From contig FR884114.1 of NCBI GenBank assembly GCA_000435975.1, forward strand, positions 12,224-76,223: a stretch of DNA of 64,000 bases, in the 5' to 3' direction. Below, in pieces: positions 1-8,830 of this stretch (position 1 is its first letter; each line of letters opens with the position of its first letter). The position numbers were made by a program, and so were the translations under genes. Source of the DNA: Oscillibacter sp. CAG:241. GTDB taxonomy: Bacteria > Bacillota > Clostridia > Oscillospirales > Oscillospiraceae. The notes under the pieces are model-generated. The model had not been told where the DNA came from, searched no databases, and saw nothing but the letters and a program-made list of their open reading frames with translations.

Positions 1-177
1 GGCCTGCTGCCGGTGGTGTCTGTCCGCACCCGGGGAGACGTACCCAAGGAAAGGGTGCTGGATGTGGCCCGGGCGCTGTGCCGGGTGCATCTCACGGCCC
101 CGGTACACGCCGGGGACGTGGTGATCCCCAACGTGCTGGGCACCGGCGTGGACGTGGTGGCCACCCGGTCCGTGTAA
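1..177 (+). CDS. 3' end of an upstream CDS (partial, product unknown)
   Basis: Open frame enters from the window edge and stops at TAA 175-177. Codon use is high-GC like the neighbours, and a hairpin+T terminator follows. Confidence 0.4.
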   Translation, partial: GLLPVVSVRTRGDVPKERVLDVARALCRVHLTAPVHAGDVVIPNVLGTGVDVVATRSV

Positions 178-192
178 TCGTATAGGAAAAGA

Positions 193-223
193 GCATCCGC
201 AGGGGCCTGCGGATGCTTTTTTT
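193..223 (+). terminator. rho-independent terminator
   Basis: GCATCCGCAG-GGGC-CTGCGGATGC perfect 10-bp stem followed by T7. Confidence 0.6.
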
Positions 224-276
224 AGCCCGGTACAGGGTCTGCTGCTTGGGGGAAATGCCCCCGGGAAAATCACCGG

Positions 277-306
277 TTGACAGAGATGCCGGGAACAGTA
301 TATAAT
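277..306 (+). promoter_or_regulatory. sigma70-type promoter TTGACA-18-TATAAT
   Basis: Both hexamers match consensus exactly, with an AT-rich leader and AAGGAGG RBS before ATG 390. Confidence 0.5.
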
Positions 307-389
307 AACTTGAATCATAAATCCCTGTAAAAATGATTGTTTTCACCACGAAAACTGATATTTCATATTAGCAAATAAGGAGGCTATAC

Positions 390-1580
390 ATGGATATTTT
401 TGAAAAATGCAGCGCCCCCTCTCTGGCCAAGGAACTGAAGGAGGCGGGAGTATATCCCTATTTCCACGCATTGCAGTCCCGGCAGGACGTGGAGGTGCAG
501 ATGGAGGGCAAGCGCCGCATTATGCTGGGCTCCAATAACTATCTGGGCCTGACCATCGCGCCGGATGTGGTGGAGGCAGGCATTCACGCCCTGGAGCGGT
601 ACGGCACCGGGTGCAGCGGCTCCCGGTTCTTAAACGGCACCCTGGAGATGCACCTGGAGCTGGAGGCAGAGCTGGGGAAGTTTCTGCGCAAGCCCGGCAT
701 CGTCACCTTCGGCACCGGGTTCCAGGCCAATGTGGGCATTATCAGCGCCCTGGTGGACCGGCACGACTATGTGATCTGCGACCGGGAGAACCACGCGTCC
801 ATCTACGCCGGCTGCCAGCTGAGCTACGGCAAGATGCTGCGCTACCGCCACAGCGACATGGCCGAGCTGGAGAAGATGCTGCAGCGTGTGCCGGAGAAGA
901 ACGGCGCGCTGATCGTCACCGACGGCGTGTTCTCCATGGGCGGCGACATCGCCAGGCTGCCTGAGATCTGCGCTCTGGCCAAGAAGTATGGGGCCCGGGT
1001 CATGGTGGACGACGCCCACGGGCTGGGCGTTCTGGGCGAGGGCGGCCGTGGCACGGCCAGCTACTTTGGCCTGGAGGACCAGGTGGACGTGTATATGGGC
1101 ACGTTTTCCAAGTCTCTGGCATCTCTGGGCGGCTACATGGCGGCATCGGAGGAGGTGGCGGACTATGTGCGCCACGTTTCTCGTCCCTTCATCTTCTCGG
1201 CGTCCATTCCGCCGGCCAACTGCGCCACGGCCCTGGCAGCCCTGCGGCACCTGGAGGCCCACCCGGAGCTGCCGGAACGGCTGCGTGCGCTGAGCCTGTA
1301 TGCCCGGAGGGGCATGACGGACCGGGGGCTGAAGATCCGGGAGTCTGCTCTGACGGCGCCCACGCCCATCATCCCCATCTATACCTATGAGACATACCAC
1401 ACCCTGGAGGTGGCCCGGGACATTTATGACCGGGGCGTGTATGTGAACCCCACGCTGCCCCCGGCCACGCCGGAGGGGGAAGCCCTGCTGCGGACCAGCT
1501 ATATGGCCACCCATACCGAGGCCCTGCTGGATGAGGCCATGGACATCATGGCGGACGTGCTGGTGAAGGACCATGAGTGA
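390..1580 (+). CDS. PLP-dependent alpha-oxoamine synthase family acyltransferase (KAPA synthase / serine palmitoyltransferase / KBL-like)
   Basis: 396 aa with class-II aminotransferase fold motifs and a PLP lysine in GTFSKSLASLGG. Strong RBS, and the gene ends 8 nt into the next one. Confidence 0.85.
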   Translation: MDIFEKCSAPSLAKELKEAGVYPYFHALQSRQDVEVQMEGKRRIMLGSNNYLGLTIAPDVVEAGIHALERYGTGCSGSRFLNGTLEMHLELEAELGKFLRKPGIVTFGTGFQANVGIISALVDRHDYVICDRENHASIYAGCQLSYGKMLRYRHSDMAELEKMLQRVPEKNGALIVTDGVFSMGGDIARLPEICALAKKYGARVMVDDAHGLGVLGEGGRGTASYFGLEDQVDVYMGTFSKSLASLGGYMAASEEVADYVRHVSRPFIFSASIPPANCATALAALRHLEAHPELPERLRALSLYARRGMTDRGLKIRESALTAPTPIIPIYTYETYHTLEVARDIYDRGVYVNPTLPPATPEGEALLRTSYMATHTEALLDEAMDIMADVLVKDHE

Positions 1581-2364
1581 GATTGCGGTTATCACCGGAG
1601 GCACCTCCGGCATCGGAAAGGCTACGGCCCTGTGCCTGCGGGATGCGGGCTATGATGTGTATGAACTCAGCCGCCGGGAGCAGGGAGTGGAGGGCCTGCA
1701 CCACATCCGCTGCGACATTACCGACGAGGACCAGGTCCGCGCCGCCGTGGCGGAGATCATCGGCCAGGCCGGCCGCATCGATGTGCTCATCAACAACGCA
1801 GGCTTCGGCATCTCCGGAGCGGTGGAGTTTACGGACACGGCGGAGGCCCAGCGGCTGCTGGACGTGAATTTCTTCGGCATGGTGCGGATGAACAAGGCCG
1901 TCATCCCCCACATGCGCCAGGCGGGCCGGGGCCGCATCGTGAACCTGAGCTCTGTGGCGGCGCCCTGCCCCATTCCGTTCCAGGCGTACTATTCCGCCGG
2001 CAAGGCGGCGGTGAACGCGTATACCATGGCCCTGGCCAACGAGCTGCGGCCCTTTGGCATTACCGTGTGCGCCGTACAGCCCGGAGATATTCACACGGGC
2101 TTTACCGCCGCCCGGGTGAAAACCATGGCCGGAGACGACGTGTATCAGGGCCGCATCGACCGGTCCGTCCAGAGGATGGAGCACGACGAGCAGACGGGTA
2201 TGGACCCGGCCAAGGCCGGAGCGTTTATCGCCCGGGTGGCCATGAAGCGGCGGCCCAAGCCCATCTATACCATACGGCTGGACTATCAGTTCTTTGTATT
2301 CCTGACCCGCATTCTGCCGGGACGGACGCTGAACTGGCTTATTGGCTTGCTGTACGCCAGGTGA
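1573..2364 (+). CDS. short-chain dehydrogenase/reductase (SDR) family oxidoreductase
   Basis: N-terminal TGGTSGIGKA Rossmann motif and catalytic YSAGK. Start ATGA-overlaps the upstream gene (operon). Confidence 0.85.
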   Translation: MSEIAVITGGTSGIGKATALCLRDAGYDVYELSRREQGVEGLHHIRCDITDEDQVRAAVAEIIGQAGRIDVLINNAGFGISGAVEFTDTAEAQRLLDVNFFGMVRMNKAVIPHMRQAGRGRIVNLSSVAAPCPIPFQAYYSAGKAAVNAYTMALANELRPFGITVCAVQPGDIHTGFTAARVKTMAGDDVYQGRIDRSVQRMEHDEQTGMDPAKAGAFIARVAMKRRPKPIYTIRLDYQFFVFLTRILPGRTLNWLIGLLYAR

Positions 2365-2388
2365 GCGTGCCGGAGAGAAATACACAGA

Positions 2389-2432
2389 TACCCCCTGGAC
2401 CCGGTCTTACCGGGCCCAGGGGGGTATTTTGC
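2389..2432 (+). terminator. rho-independent terminator of the synthase-SDR operon
   Basis: CCCCCTGGACCCGG-tctta-CCGGGCCCAGGGGGG stem followed by TATTTT. A second, smaller GC hairpin lies at 2477-2495. Confidence 0.6.
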
Positions 2433-2505
2433 GGGGTCCGACGGTCTGCACCATCCAATATGTATCGTAGTCCTACGCCCCCGTTTCGGGGGAGGCAAAT
2501 TTTTC

Positions 2506-2534
2506 TTGCATTTGTCCACAAAATAAGGTATAAT
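2506..2534 (+). promoter_or_regulatory. sigma70-type promoter TTGCAT-17-TATAAT for the tRNA
   Basis: Hexamers sit 14 nt upstream of the tRNA 5' end. Confidence 0.5.
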
Positions 2535-2547
2535 AATCGAGCTGTAT

Positions 2548-2633
2548 GCCGGTGTGATGGAATGGTAGACGTAGCGGATTCAAAATCCGCCGGGGGTGAC
2601 TCCGTGTGGGTTCGAGTCCCACCACCGGCACCA
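2548..2633 (+). tRNA. tRNA-Leu (anticodon CAA)
   Basis: Acceptor stem GCCGGTG/CACCGGC, anticodon loop tTCAAAa, long type-II variable arm, GTTCGAGTC T-arm and encoded CCA. Confidence 0.85.
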
Positions 2634-3070
2634 TATCGAGTGGTCATAAGGGATTTCACTTATGGCCGCTCGATTTTTTCTGTTCTGTTATAATCTGATG
2701 CAGGGGAGCAGCATTTCTGTTACCTCCTTTTTGCGCAAAAAGCGGCTGCCGGTGCCTCCTGTGCATCGGCAGCCGCCCGCTGAATGGGGATATTTACTTG
2801 ATGAGTCCGCTTTCCTTCAGCAGGAGCTCAATATCGGTGCCCTTGACCTTTTTCAGGAGCACCTTGAGCATTTCCCTCTCCTTGAAGGACAGCGGCGCCT
2901 GGCTGATAGGCTTCTTGTCGATGGCGTAGTAGCAGGCACGCAGGATCTCACGCACATCGTACTTGCTGCCCCAGACCTCCGGCACGCCGCGGTCGATGTC
3001 AAGCAGCGTGTAGACCGACTCCATACCGGTACGCATGGAATACTCGGTGGTGAAGATGGTGTCACGGGGC

Positions 3071-3756
3071 GTCTCGGCGAACTGACCGATGAAGGCAAAG
3101 TTCACGGCGCCGTCGGGCACGACCTTGGGACGGTCAGATTCCTTGCGGGGTTGGAAGAAGGCGTTGATATAGGGCATAAAGCAGGTGGTGGTATTGCAGG
3201 CATCGTGGGCCAGCGCATGGATCTTTTCGGTGGGCACGCCGATGTGATACAGCCACTCACGGCAGACCTCCTCGCCGGTGCAGTCCCGCATGGCCTTTTT
3301 CACATAGTTGCCCTCTCTGTTGGTATTCAGAGAATACAGCCACACAAGCACCATGTTCTTATCCTGGGACTTGAATTGGGGCTGGCGGTTGATGGTCCAG
3401 GAAAGATACCAGTTGTCGGTGCTGTCCTTGACGGTGACAATACCGCCGGTGGTCACCTTGCCGGAGCGGGGATCACGCTTGCAGATGTTCCTAATATGCC
3501 GGATGATCTCCTCGTTGGAGGTGGCCACGGTAGCGCTCATCCAGTTGGTGGCGTCCACATCGGAGCAGAAGGCATCGGGGTTGCCGTACTCGCCGTGCTC
3601 CGCCTGCGCGGCAATGGCCTTCCACATATCCCAGGACTCACCTGCGCCGTTTTTCACGCCGGACAGGTCGGGGGCATGGGTCTGGTCGCCATAGCAGGAG
3701 GTATCGGTGCAGCAGCCGTTGGTGATGAACACCAGATCGTCCTCGATGAGGTCGAT
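3071..3756. repeat. 686-bp direct repeat, copy A (inside hydratase gene)
   Basis: Aligns without gaps to 4451-5136, roughly 90-93% identical, offset exactly 1380 bp (460 codons). Confidence 0.8.
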
Positions 3757-4450
3757 GGTCTGCTCCCTGCCGTCCTTGACATACACGATCTGCCGGGCAA
3801 CCTTCTTGTCGCCCTCAGTTTCGATGATGACATTCCTGACATCCATGCCATACTCGATATGCACACCGTGAGACTCCAGATATTTCACCAGCGGCAGGAT
3901 CATGCTTTCATACTGATTATACTTGGTGAAGCGCAGGGCGCTGAAATCGGGCAGGCCGTCGATGTGATGGACATAGCGGCACAGATATCGTTTCATCTCC
4001 AGAGCACTGGACCAACGCTGGAAAGCGAACATGGTCTGCCAATACAGCCAGAAGTTTGTATTCCAGAAGGAATCGGGCAGAACATCGGATATCTTCTTGT
4101 CCTCCAGATCCTTTTCCGGGGTCATAAACAGCTTGGACAGGGCCATGGCGGAGTCCTTGTCCAGCTTGAACTGCTTATCCGTGTGGGCATCCTCACCGCG
4201 GTTCACGCTGGCGCGGCACAGAGAATAGTTGGGATCGTGCTTGTTGAGCCAATAATACTCATCCAGAACAGAGATGCCCGGCGTCTCGATGGACGGAACA
4301 TCACGGAAGGTGTCCCACATGACCTCAAAATGGTTGTCCATCTCACGGCCGCCCCGCATAAAGAAGCCCTTGGTGATGTCCTTGCGGCCGTCGCAGCTGC
4401 CGCCTGCCAGGTCCAGCTTTTCTAATACATGGATGTGCTCGCCCTTCAGC

Positions 4451-5136
4451 GTCTCGGCAAATTGACCGATGAAGGCGAAGTTCACAGCGCCATCGGGCAC
4501 GACCTTCGGACGGTCAGACTCCTTACGAGGCTGGAAGAAGGAATTGATATACGGCATAAAGCAGGTGGTGGTGTTGCAGGCATCGTGTGCCAGCGCATCG
4601 ATCTTTTCGGTCGGCATGCCGATGTGGTACAGCCACTCACGGCAGACCTCCTCGCCAGTGCAGTCCCGCATGGCCTTCTTTACATAGTTGCCTTCCTTAT
4701 TGGTGTTCAGAGAATACAACCACACAAGCACCATGTTCTTATCTTGGGACTTGAACTGCGGCTGGCGGTTAATGGTCCAGGAGAGATACCAGTTGTCGGT
4801 GCTGTCCTTGACGGTGACAATGCCGCCGGTGGTTACCTTGCCGGAGCGCGGGTCACGCTTGCAAACATTCATAATGTGCTGAATGATCTCTTCATTGGAA
4901 GTGGCGACGGTAGCGCTCATCCAGTTGGTGGCATCCACATCGGAGCAGAATTTGTCCGGGTTGCCGTACTCGCCGTGCTCGGCCTGAGCAGCGATAGCTT
5001 TCCACATATCCCAGGAATCGCCCTTGCCGTTTTCAATGCCGGACAGATCGGGTGCATGAGTCTGGTCGCCATAGCAGGAGGTATCGGTGCAGCAGCCGTT
5101 GGTGATGAACACCAGATCGTCCTCGATGAGGTCGAT
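4451..5136. repeat. 686-bp direct repeat, copy B (5' part of hydratase ORF)
   Basis: Partner of copy A at 3071-3756. Confidence 0.8.
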
Positions 5137-5187
5137 AGAGATTTTTCCCTTTCCGTGTTTCATAGTACCATTATCGTATATTCAAAT

Positions 5188-5240
5188 TCTAAACTGAAAC
5201 GAAACTTTTGAAAATCCGGGCAGTTTCGTTTCAGTTTAGA
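5188..5240. promoter_or_regulatory. 18-bp perfect inverted repeat TCTAAACTGAAACGAAAC ... GTTTCGTTTCAGTTTAGA (17-nt spacer) in a divergent promoter region
   Basis: Lies between the hydratase start (5163, minus) and the flavodoxin-like start (5302, plus). The right arm recurs verbatim at 13939 and 23879. Confidence 0.6.
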
Positions 5241-5301
5241 ATTGCTTGCTACACTCTCCGCAGAAAATGTCGAAATAACGGTTTTTAAGGGAGTGACAGA
5301 C

Positions 5302-5814
5302 TTGAACTATGAAATAGCCTATTACAGTTTATCAGGCAATACAGAAAAGCTGGCATACGGCATTGCAAAGCGTCTTCCGGAAAATCAAGCTTTTTTGACG
5401 AACCTGCAAGAGGAAGAAGTTACCCTTGCGGCCGATGTGTATTTAGTAGGATTCGGCATAAACAACGGTACAGTCCCGCTAAAAGTCATGGACGCATTGG
5501 ACCGGCTGGCCGGAAAGAAGATATTCCTGTTTGTGACCTGCGGCATAGAGCCAAGTGAGGAATACAAGCGGCTTATCGAGCGCAAGATCGAACCTTTTCT
5601 GCCGGACGAATGCGACTATTGCGGCATTTTGCTGTGTCGAGGTCAGATAGCGGAGGAGGTGCTGAGCAAAATCCAAAGACAGTTCGCACAGCAACCGGAC
5701 GATCCTGCCATCAAAAAAATGATCTCCGAGGCAAAATTGTCCGAGGGGCATCCCGATGAAACGGATGCGGAAAACGCAGTGAGGTTTATCCGGGAAAAGC
5801 TTGATTCTTTCTAA
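5302..5814 (+). CDS. flavodoxin-like protein
   Basis: AYYSLSGNTEKLAYGIAKRL flavodoxin signature. TTG start 8 nt after AGGGAG; the in-frame ATG at 5309 is an alternative start. Confidence 0.65.
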   Translation: MNYEIAYYSLSGNTEKLAYGIAKRLPENQAFLTNLQEEEVTLAADVYLVGFGINNGTVPLKVMDALDRLAGKKIFLFVTCGIEPSEEYKRLIERKIEPFLPDECDYCGILLCRGQIAEEVLSKIQRQFAQQPDDPAIKKMISEAKLSEGHPDETDAENAVRFIREKLDSF

Positions 5815-5863
5815 CCGGCAAGCAGCATTTCAAAGATTCATTACATAAAAAGGAGTTTTTACC

Positions 5864-6118
5864 ATGAGAAAAGTTAAGATCATCACCGATTCCTGCGCAG
5901 ACCTGAGCGCAGAGCAACTCGAAAAATACGACATCGACTACGCCAGAATGTCCACGATCGAGGATGGCAAAGAGTCTCCGGCGCTTCTCACATGGACACC
6001 CGCAGAAGCACACAGACTTTACGAGACGATCCGTGGCGGAAAGCGTATCACGACAGCGCAGGTTTCCGTTGAAGAATTCAAAAGCTGTTTGAAAAATATC
6101 TGGGGCTTTATCAGTTAG
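5864..6118 (+). pseudogene. DegV/FakB-family fatty-acid-binding protein, N-terminal 84-aa fragment
   Basis: The KIITDSCADL DegV N-terminus ends at TAG 6116-6118 after about 80 residues, whereas full-length DegV is about 280 aa. Confidence 0.6.
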
Positions 6119-6474
6119 GGGCTGTCTATACAGGCCTTTTTGCTGTTCTTGGACATGCCTATCCGATCTGGTACGGCTTCAAAGGCGGCAAAGGATTTCT
6201 CGTCAGTCTTTCAACGATTTGGGTAACAGACTGGCGGGTCGGTCTGATCGTGACCGGAATGATGGTTGTACTGCTGCTTACCACAAAATATATGTCGCTT
6301 GCTACTGTTGCTGCGACGCTCTGCAGCCCATTGCTTCTGCTGCTGTTCAAAGCACCTGTATCCGTAATTTTGATAGACGCTGCAATCGTTATTTTTGTGG
6401 CGCTGCGGCATAAGGAAAACTTCAGGCGCTTGAAAGCCGGAACAGAATCAAAGTTTACATTAAGCACGCACTGA
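6073..6474 (+). pseudogene. PlsY (acyl-phosphate:glycerol-3-phosphate acyltransferase) C-terminal fragment without start codon
   Basis: Frame-1 translation AVYTGLFAVLGHAYPIWYGFKGGKGF...RHKENFRRLKAGTESK matches PlsY from about residue 85 to the end. It abuts the degV fragment in a different frame. Confidence 0.6.
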
Positions 6475-6519
6475 TAAATTTACAGAACAGGGACGATGCT
6501 TCGAGGAGGTAATGAACTT

Positions 6520-7437
6520 ATGTCTGAAAAATATATTCTTTATAATCCCTGTGCAGGCGGTCCGGAGACCGAGAAAGCCGTAAAAGCCTTGCAGGATGCC
6601 AATGAAGGGGCTGTGGCGATCAATATTTGCCGCATCATCAGTTATAAGACTTTTTTTAACGGATTAGACCCGAATGACACTGTGATCTTATGCGGCGGAG
6701 ACGGCACCCTGAATCGTTTTGTCAACGATGTTAACGGAATGAACATTCCCAATAAGCTCTACTACTACCCCACGGGAACCGGCAACGATTTTGCGAGGGA
6801 TGTCGGGCAAAAACCGTTTTCGGATCCAACGGTTTGCCTCAACCCATATTTTGAACGGCTACCTCGTGTAAGCGTTAAAGGAAAGTCTGAATTGTTCCTG
6901 AACAATGTCGGTTTCGGCATTGACGGTTATTGCTGTGAGGTTGGAGAAAAGCTCCGAGAGGAAAACAAGAAGAGGAAAAAGCCCAAGCCGGTAAATTATA
7001 CGAAGATCGCCATCACCGGGTTGCTGTTTCACTATAAGCCCAAGAATGTGACCGTCGTTGTTGACGGCAAACGCTATCAATATAAAAAAGTGTGGCTTGC
7101 CTCTGTCATGAACGGCAGGTTCTATGGCGGGGGTATGATGCCGACGCCGGAGCAGTACAGATTACGTGAAGACGGAAAGGTATCCATTCTGATATTCCAC
7201 GATGTCGGCAAACTGCGTGGACTAATGATCTTTCCGTCGATTTTCAGCGGCAAGCATCTGAAGTATACGAATCAGATGACGATTCTGGAAGGAAAGACCA
7301 TTCAAGTGAAATATAATGAGCCGGCACCGCTTCAGATCGACGGCGAAGTTGTACCGGAAGTCATGGAATATACGGTTCGGTCATGCGTTTCACCGGCAGA
7401 GAAAGCAAAACAGGACAGTGAAATGGCAGCTGTATAA
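6520..7437 (+). CDS. lipid kinase, diacylglycerol-kinase catalytic-domain family (YegS/BmrU-like)
   Basis: GGDGT motif and DAGK_cat architecture. GGAGG RBS 9 nt upstream. Confidence 0.8.
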   Translation: MSEKYILYNPCAGGPETEKAVKALQDANEGAVAINICRIISYKTFFNGLDPNDTVILCGGDGTLNRFVNDVNGMNIPNKLYYYPTGTGNDFARDVGQKPFSDPTVCLNPYFERLPRVSVKGKSELFLNNVGFGIDGYCCEVGEKLREENKKRKKPKPVNYTKIAITGLLFHYKPKNVTVVVDGKRYQYKKVWLASVMNGRFYGGGMMPTPEQYRLREDGKVSILIFHDVGKLRGLMIFPSIFSGKHLKYTNQMTILEGKTIQVKYNEPAPLQIDGEVVPEVMEYTVRSCVSPAEKAKQDSEMAAV

Positions 7438-7490
7438 ATGCGAAGATAAACGATATTATAATGGCGACAGGCCGATGGGAGATATTACAT

Positions 7491-8045
7491 ATGCATAGGA
7501 TATTCAGAAAAGATCAGGTATTGACGATACCGAATTTATTAAGTGTGATACGCTTGGCGCTGATTCCGCTGATCGTGTGGCTATATATAGGAAAGCAGGA
7601 ATATTCTGCTGCAGTGGCTGTGATTTTAATCTCCGGTGCAACGGATATTATTGACGGATTCATCGCCCGCAAATTCAATATGGTGTCAGACCTCGGAAAG
7701 ATTTTGGATCCCGTGGCAGACAAGCTGACGCAGGCTACGGTGATCCTCTGCTTGACGGTGAAATATCGCTGGATGCGCGGATTGATTGTTCTCTTTGTGG
7801 TCAAGGAGATCATTATGGCCGTGCTCGGGTATATGGCAATTCAAAAGAAAGATGTTGTTAACAGCGCAAAATGGTATGGCAAGCTCAACACCGTGGTTCT
7901 GTATCTGGTTATGACGTGCCTTATCTTGTTCCCGAGTATATCGGAAACGGTGGCAAATGTTCTGATCGGAATTTGCATTTGCGTTATGCTTATGTCCCTT
8001 ACGCTGTACATACGGTTTTACCTGAATCTGTTCCGCACGAACTGA
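7491..8045 (+). CDS. pgsA: CDP-alcohol phosphatidyltransferase (phosphatidylglycerophosphate synthase-like)
   Basis: DGFIAR-x8-G-x3-D-x3-D motif. Multi-TM protein with GGGAG RBS. Confidence 0.8.
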   Translation: MHRIFRKDQVLTIPNLLSVIRLALIPLIVWLYIGKQEYSAAVAVILISGATDIIDGFIARKFNMVSDLGKILDPVADKLTQATVILCLTVKYRWMRGLIVLFVVKEIIMAVLGYMAIQKKDVVNSAKWYGKLNTVVLYLVMTCLILFPSISETVANVLIGICICVMLMSLTLYIRFYLNLFRTN

Positions 8046-8077
8046 ATCAGCAAACCACAGATCCAAGGAGGGATAAA

Positions 8078-8799
8078 ATGGTTGTTGTTTACATACTGCT
8101 TGGCATTCTCGCCGTCCTGCTGCTCTATATTTGCTTCCTTGCAATTTGCAGCCTATGCGTCGATCCGAAAAAAGAATATGAGAAAAACAGCCGTTTTTAC
8201 CGCACACTGCTTACAGCGCTTCTGCCGCTGCTTTGAAGGTGCTGCGAATCAGAGTATATACAAGCGGACTGGAGAAGATACCTAAGAATCAAAAGCTGAT
8301 GTTTGTCGGAAACCATCGCTCCAATTTTGACCCGATCATTGAGTGGCTTGTGCTGAAACCGTGGGATATTGCGTTTATCTCAAAAGGCGAGAATTTTAAG
8401 ATTCCGTTTTTCGGACGAATTATTCGGAAATGCTGCTTTATGCCGATCGACCGGGAGAACCCGCGAAAGGCATTGAGGACGATCAATAAAGCTTCTGATC
8501 TGCTTCAGAGCGGCGAGGTCTCTATCGGTGTATATCCGGAGGGCACCCGAAGCAAAACCGGAGAATTGCTCCCGTTTCACGACGGTGTTTTCCACATTGC
8601 CAAAAAGGCCGGCACACCGATTGTCGTTATGTCCATCAGGGGAACGGAACAGATCCATAAGAATGTCCTACGCCGGCATTCCGATGTATATTTGGACATC
8701 GTGCAGGTGATTCCTGCAAGCGATGTGGAAAACGGAACCACACATACGATCGGCGCAGAAATACGGAATATGTTGCTCGATAGTATAAAAGATAAATAA
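8078..8799 (+). CDS. plsC: 1-acyl-sn-glycerol-3-phosphate acyltransferase (PlsC family); reading frame broken near 8200-8236
   Basis: AAGGAGGG RBS + ATG 8078 gives a TM N-terminus that stops at TGA 8234-8236. The catalytic domain (NHRSNFD, PEGTRS) continues in another frame from 8233 with no ATG/GTG and no RBS of its own. Confidence 0.7.
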
Positions 8800-8830
8800 T
8801 ACAGTAGTTTTATTACGAGGGGTCACAACC

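Larger units (their letters stand above)
2794..5163 (-). pseudogene. oleate hydratase (MCRA / fatty-acid hydratase family) with in-frame internal segmental duplication; N-terminal FAD-binding segment replaced
   Basis: 789-aa ORF. Residues about 8-236 are a near-copy of residues about 468-696 (the hydratase C-terminal half), and residue 237 onward resumes at the LEKLDLAGGSCDG..RGGREMD hydratase core. No GxGxxG Rossmann strand is present anywhere in the ORF. Confidence 0.6.

Noticed and set aside
630-1613. 327-aa minus-strand ORF inside the alpha-oxoamine synthase gene
   Set aside because: Antisense artefact of a high-GC coding region (Arg/Gly/Pro/Ala-rich, no start context).
2662-4425. 587-aa plus-strand ORF (also 4429-5211, 260 aa) overlapping the hydratase gene
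   Set aside because: Antisense shadow ORFs of the real minus-strand hydratase. They have no RBS, an amino-acid composition typical of GC-rich antisense frames, and they duplicate each other only because of the underlying repeat.
5188-5240. Resemblance of GAAACTGAAAC / GTTTCAGTTTC to the eukaryotic ISRE consensus
   Set aside because: Coincidental. The context is a bacterial divergent promoter, and the relevant observation is its recurrence at three other bacterial promoters in this window.
7871-8236. 121-aa plus ORF overlapping the 3' end of pgsA
   Set aside because: Only its last about 52 codons (from ATG 8078 with a strong RBS) are meaningful, as the N-terminal TM anchor of plsC. The upstream part overlaps pgsA in another frame and has no start context.
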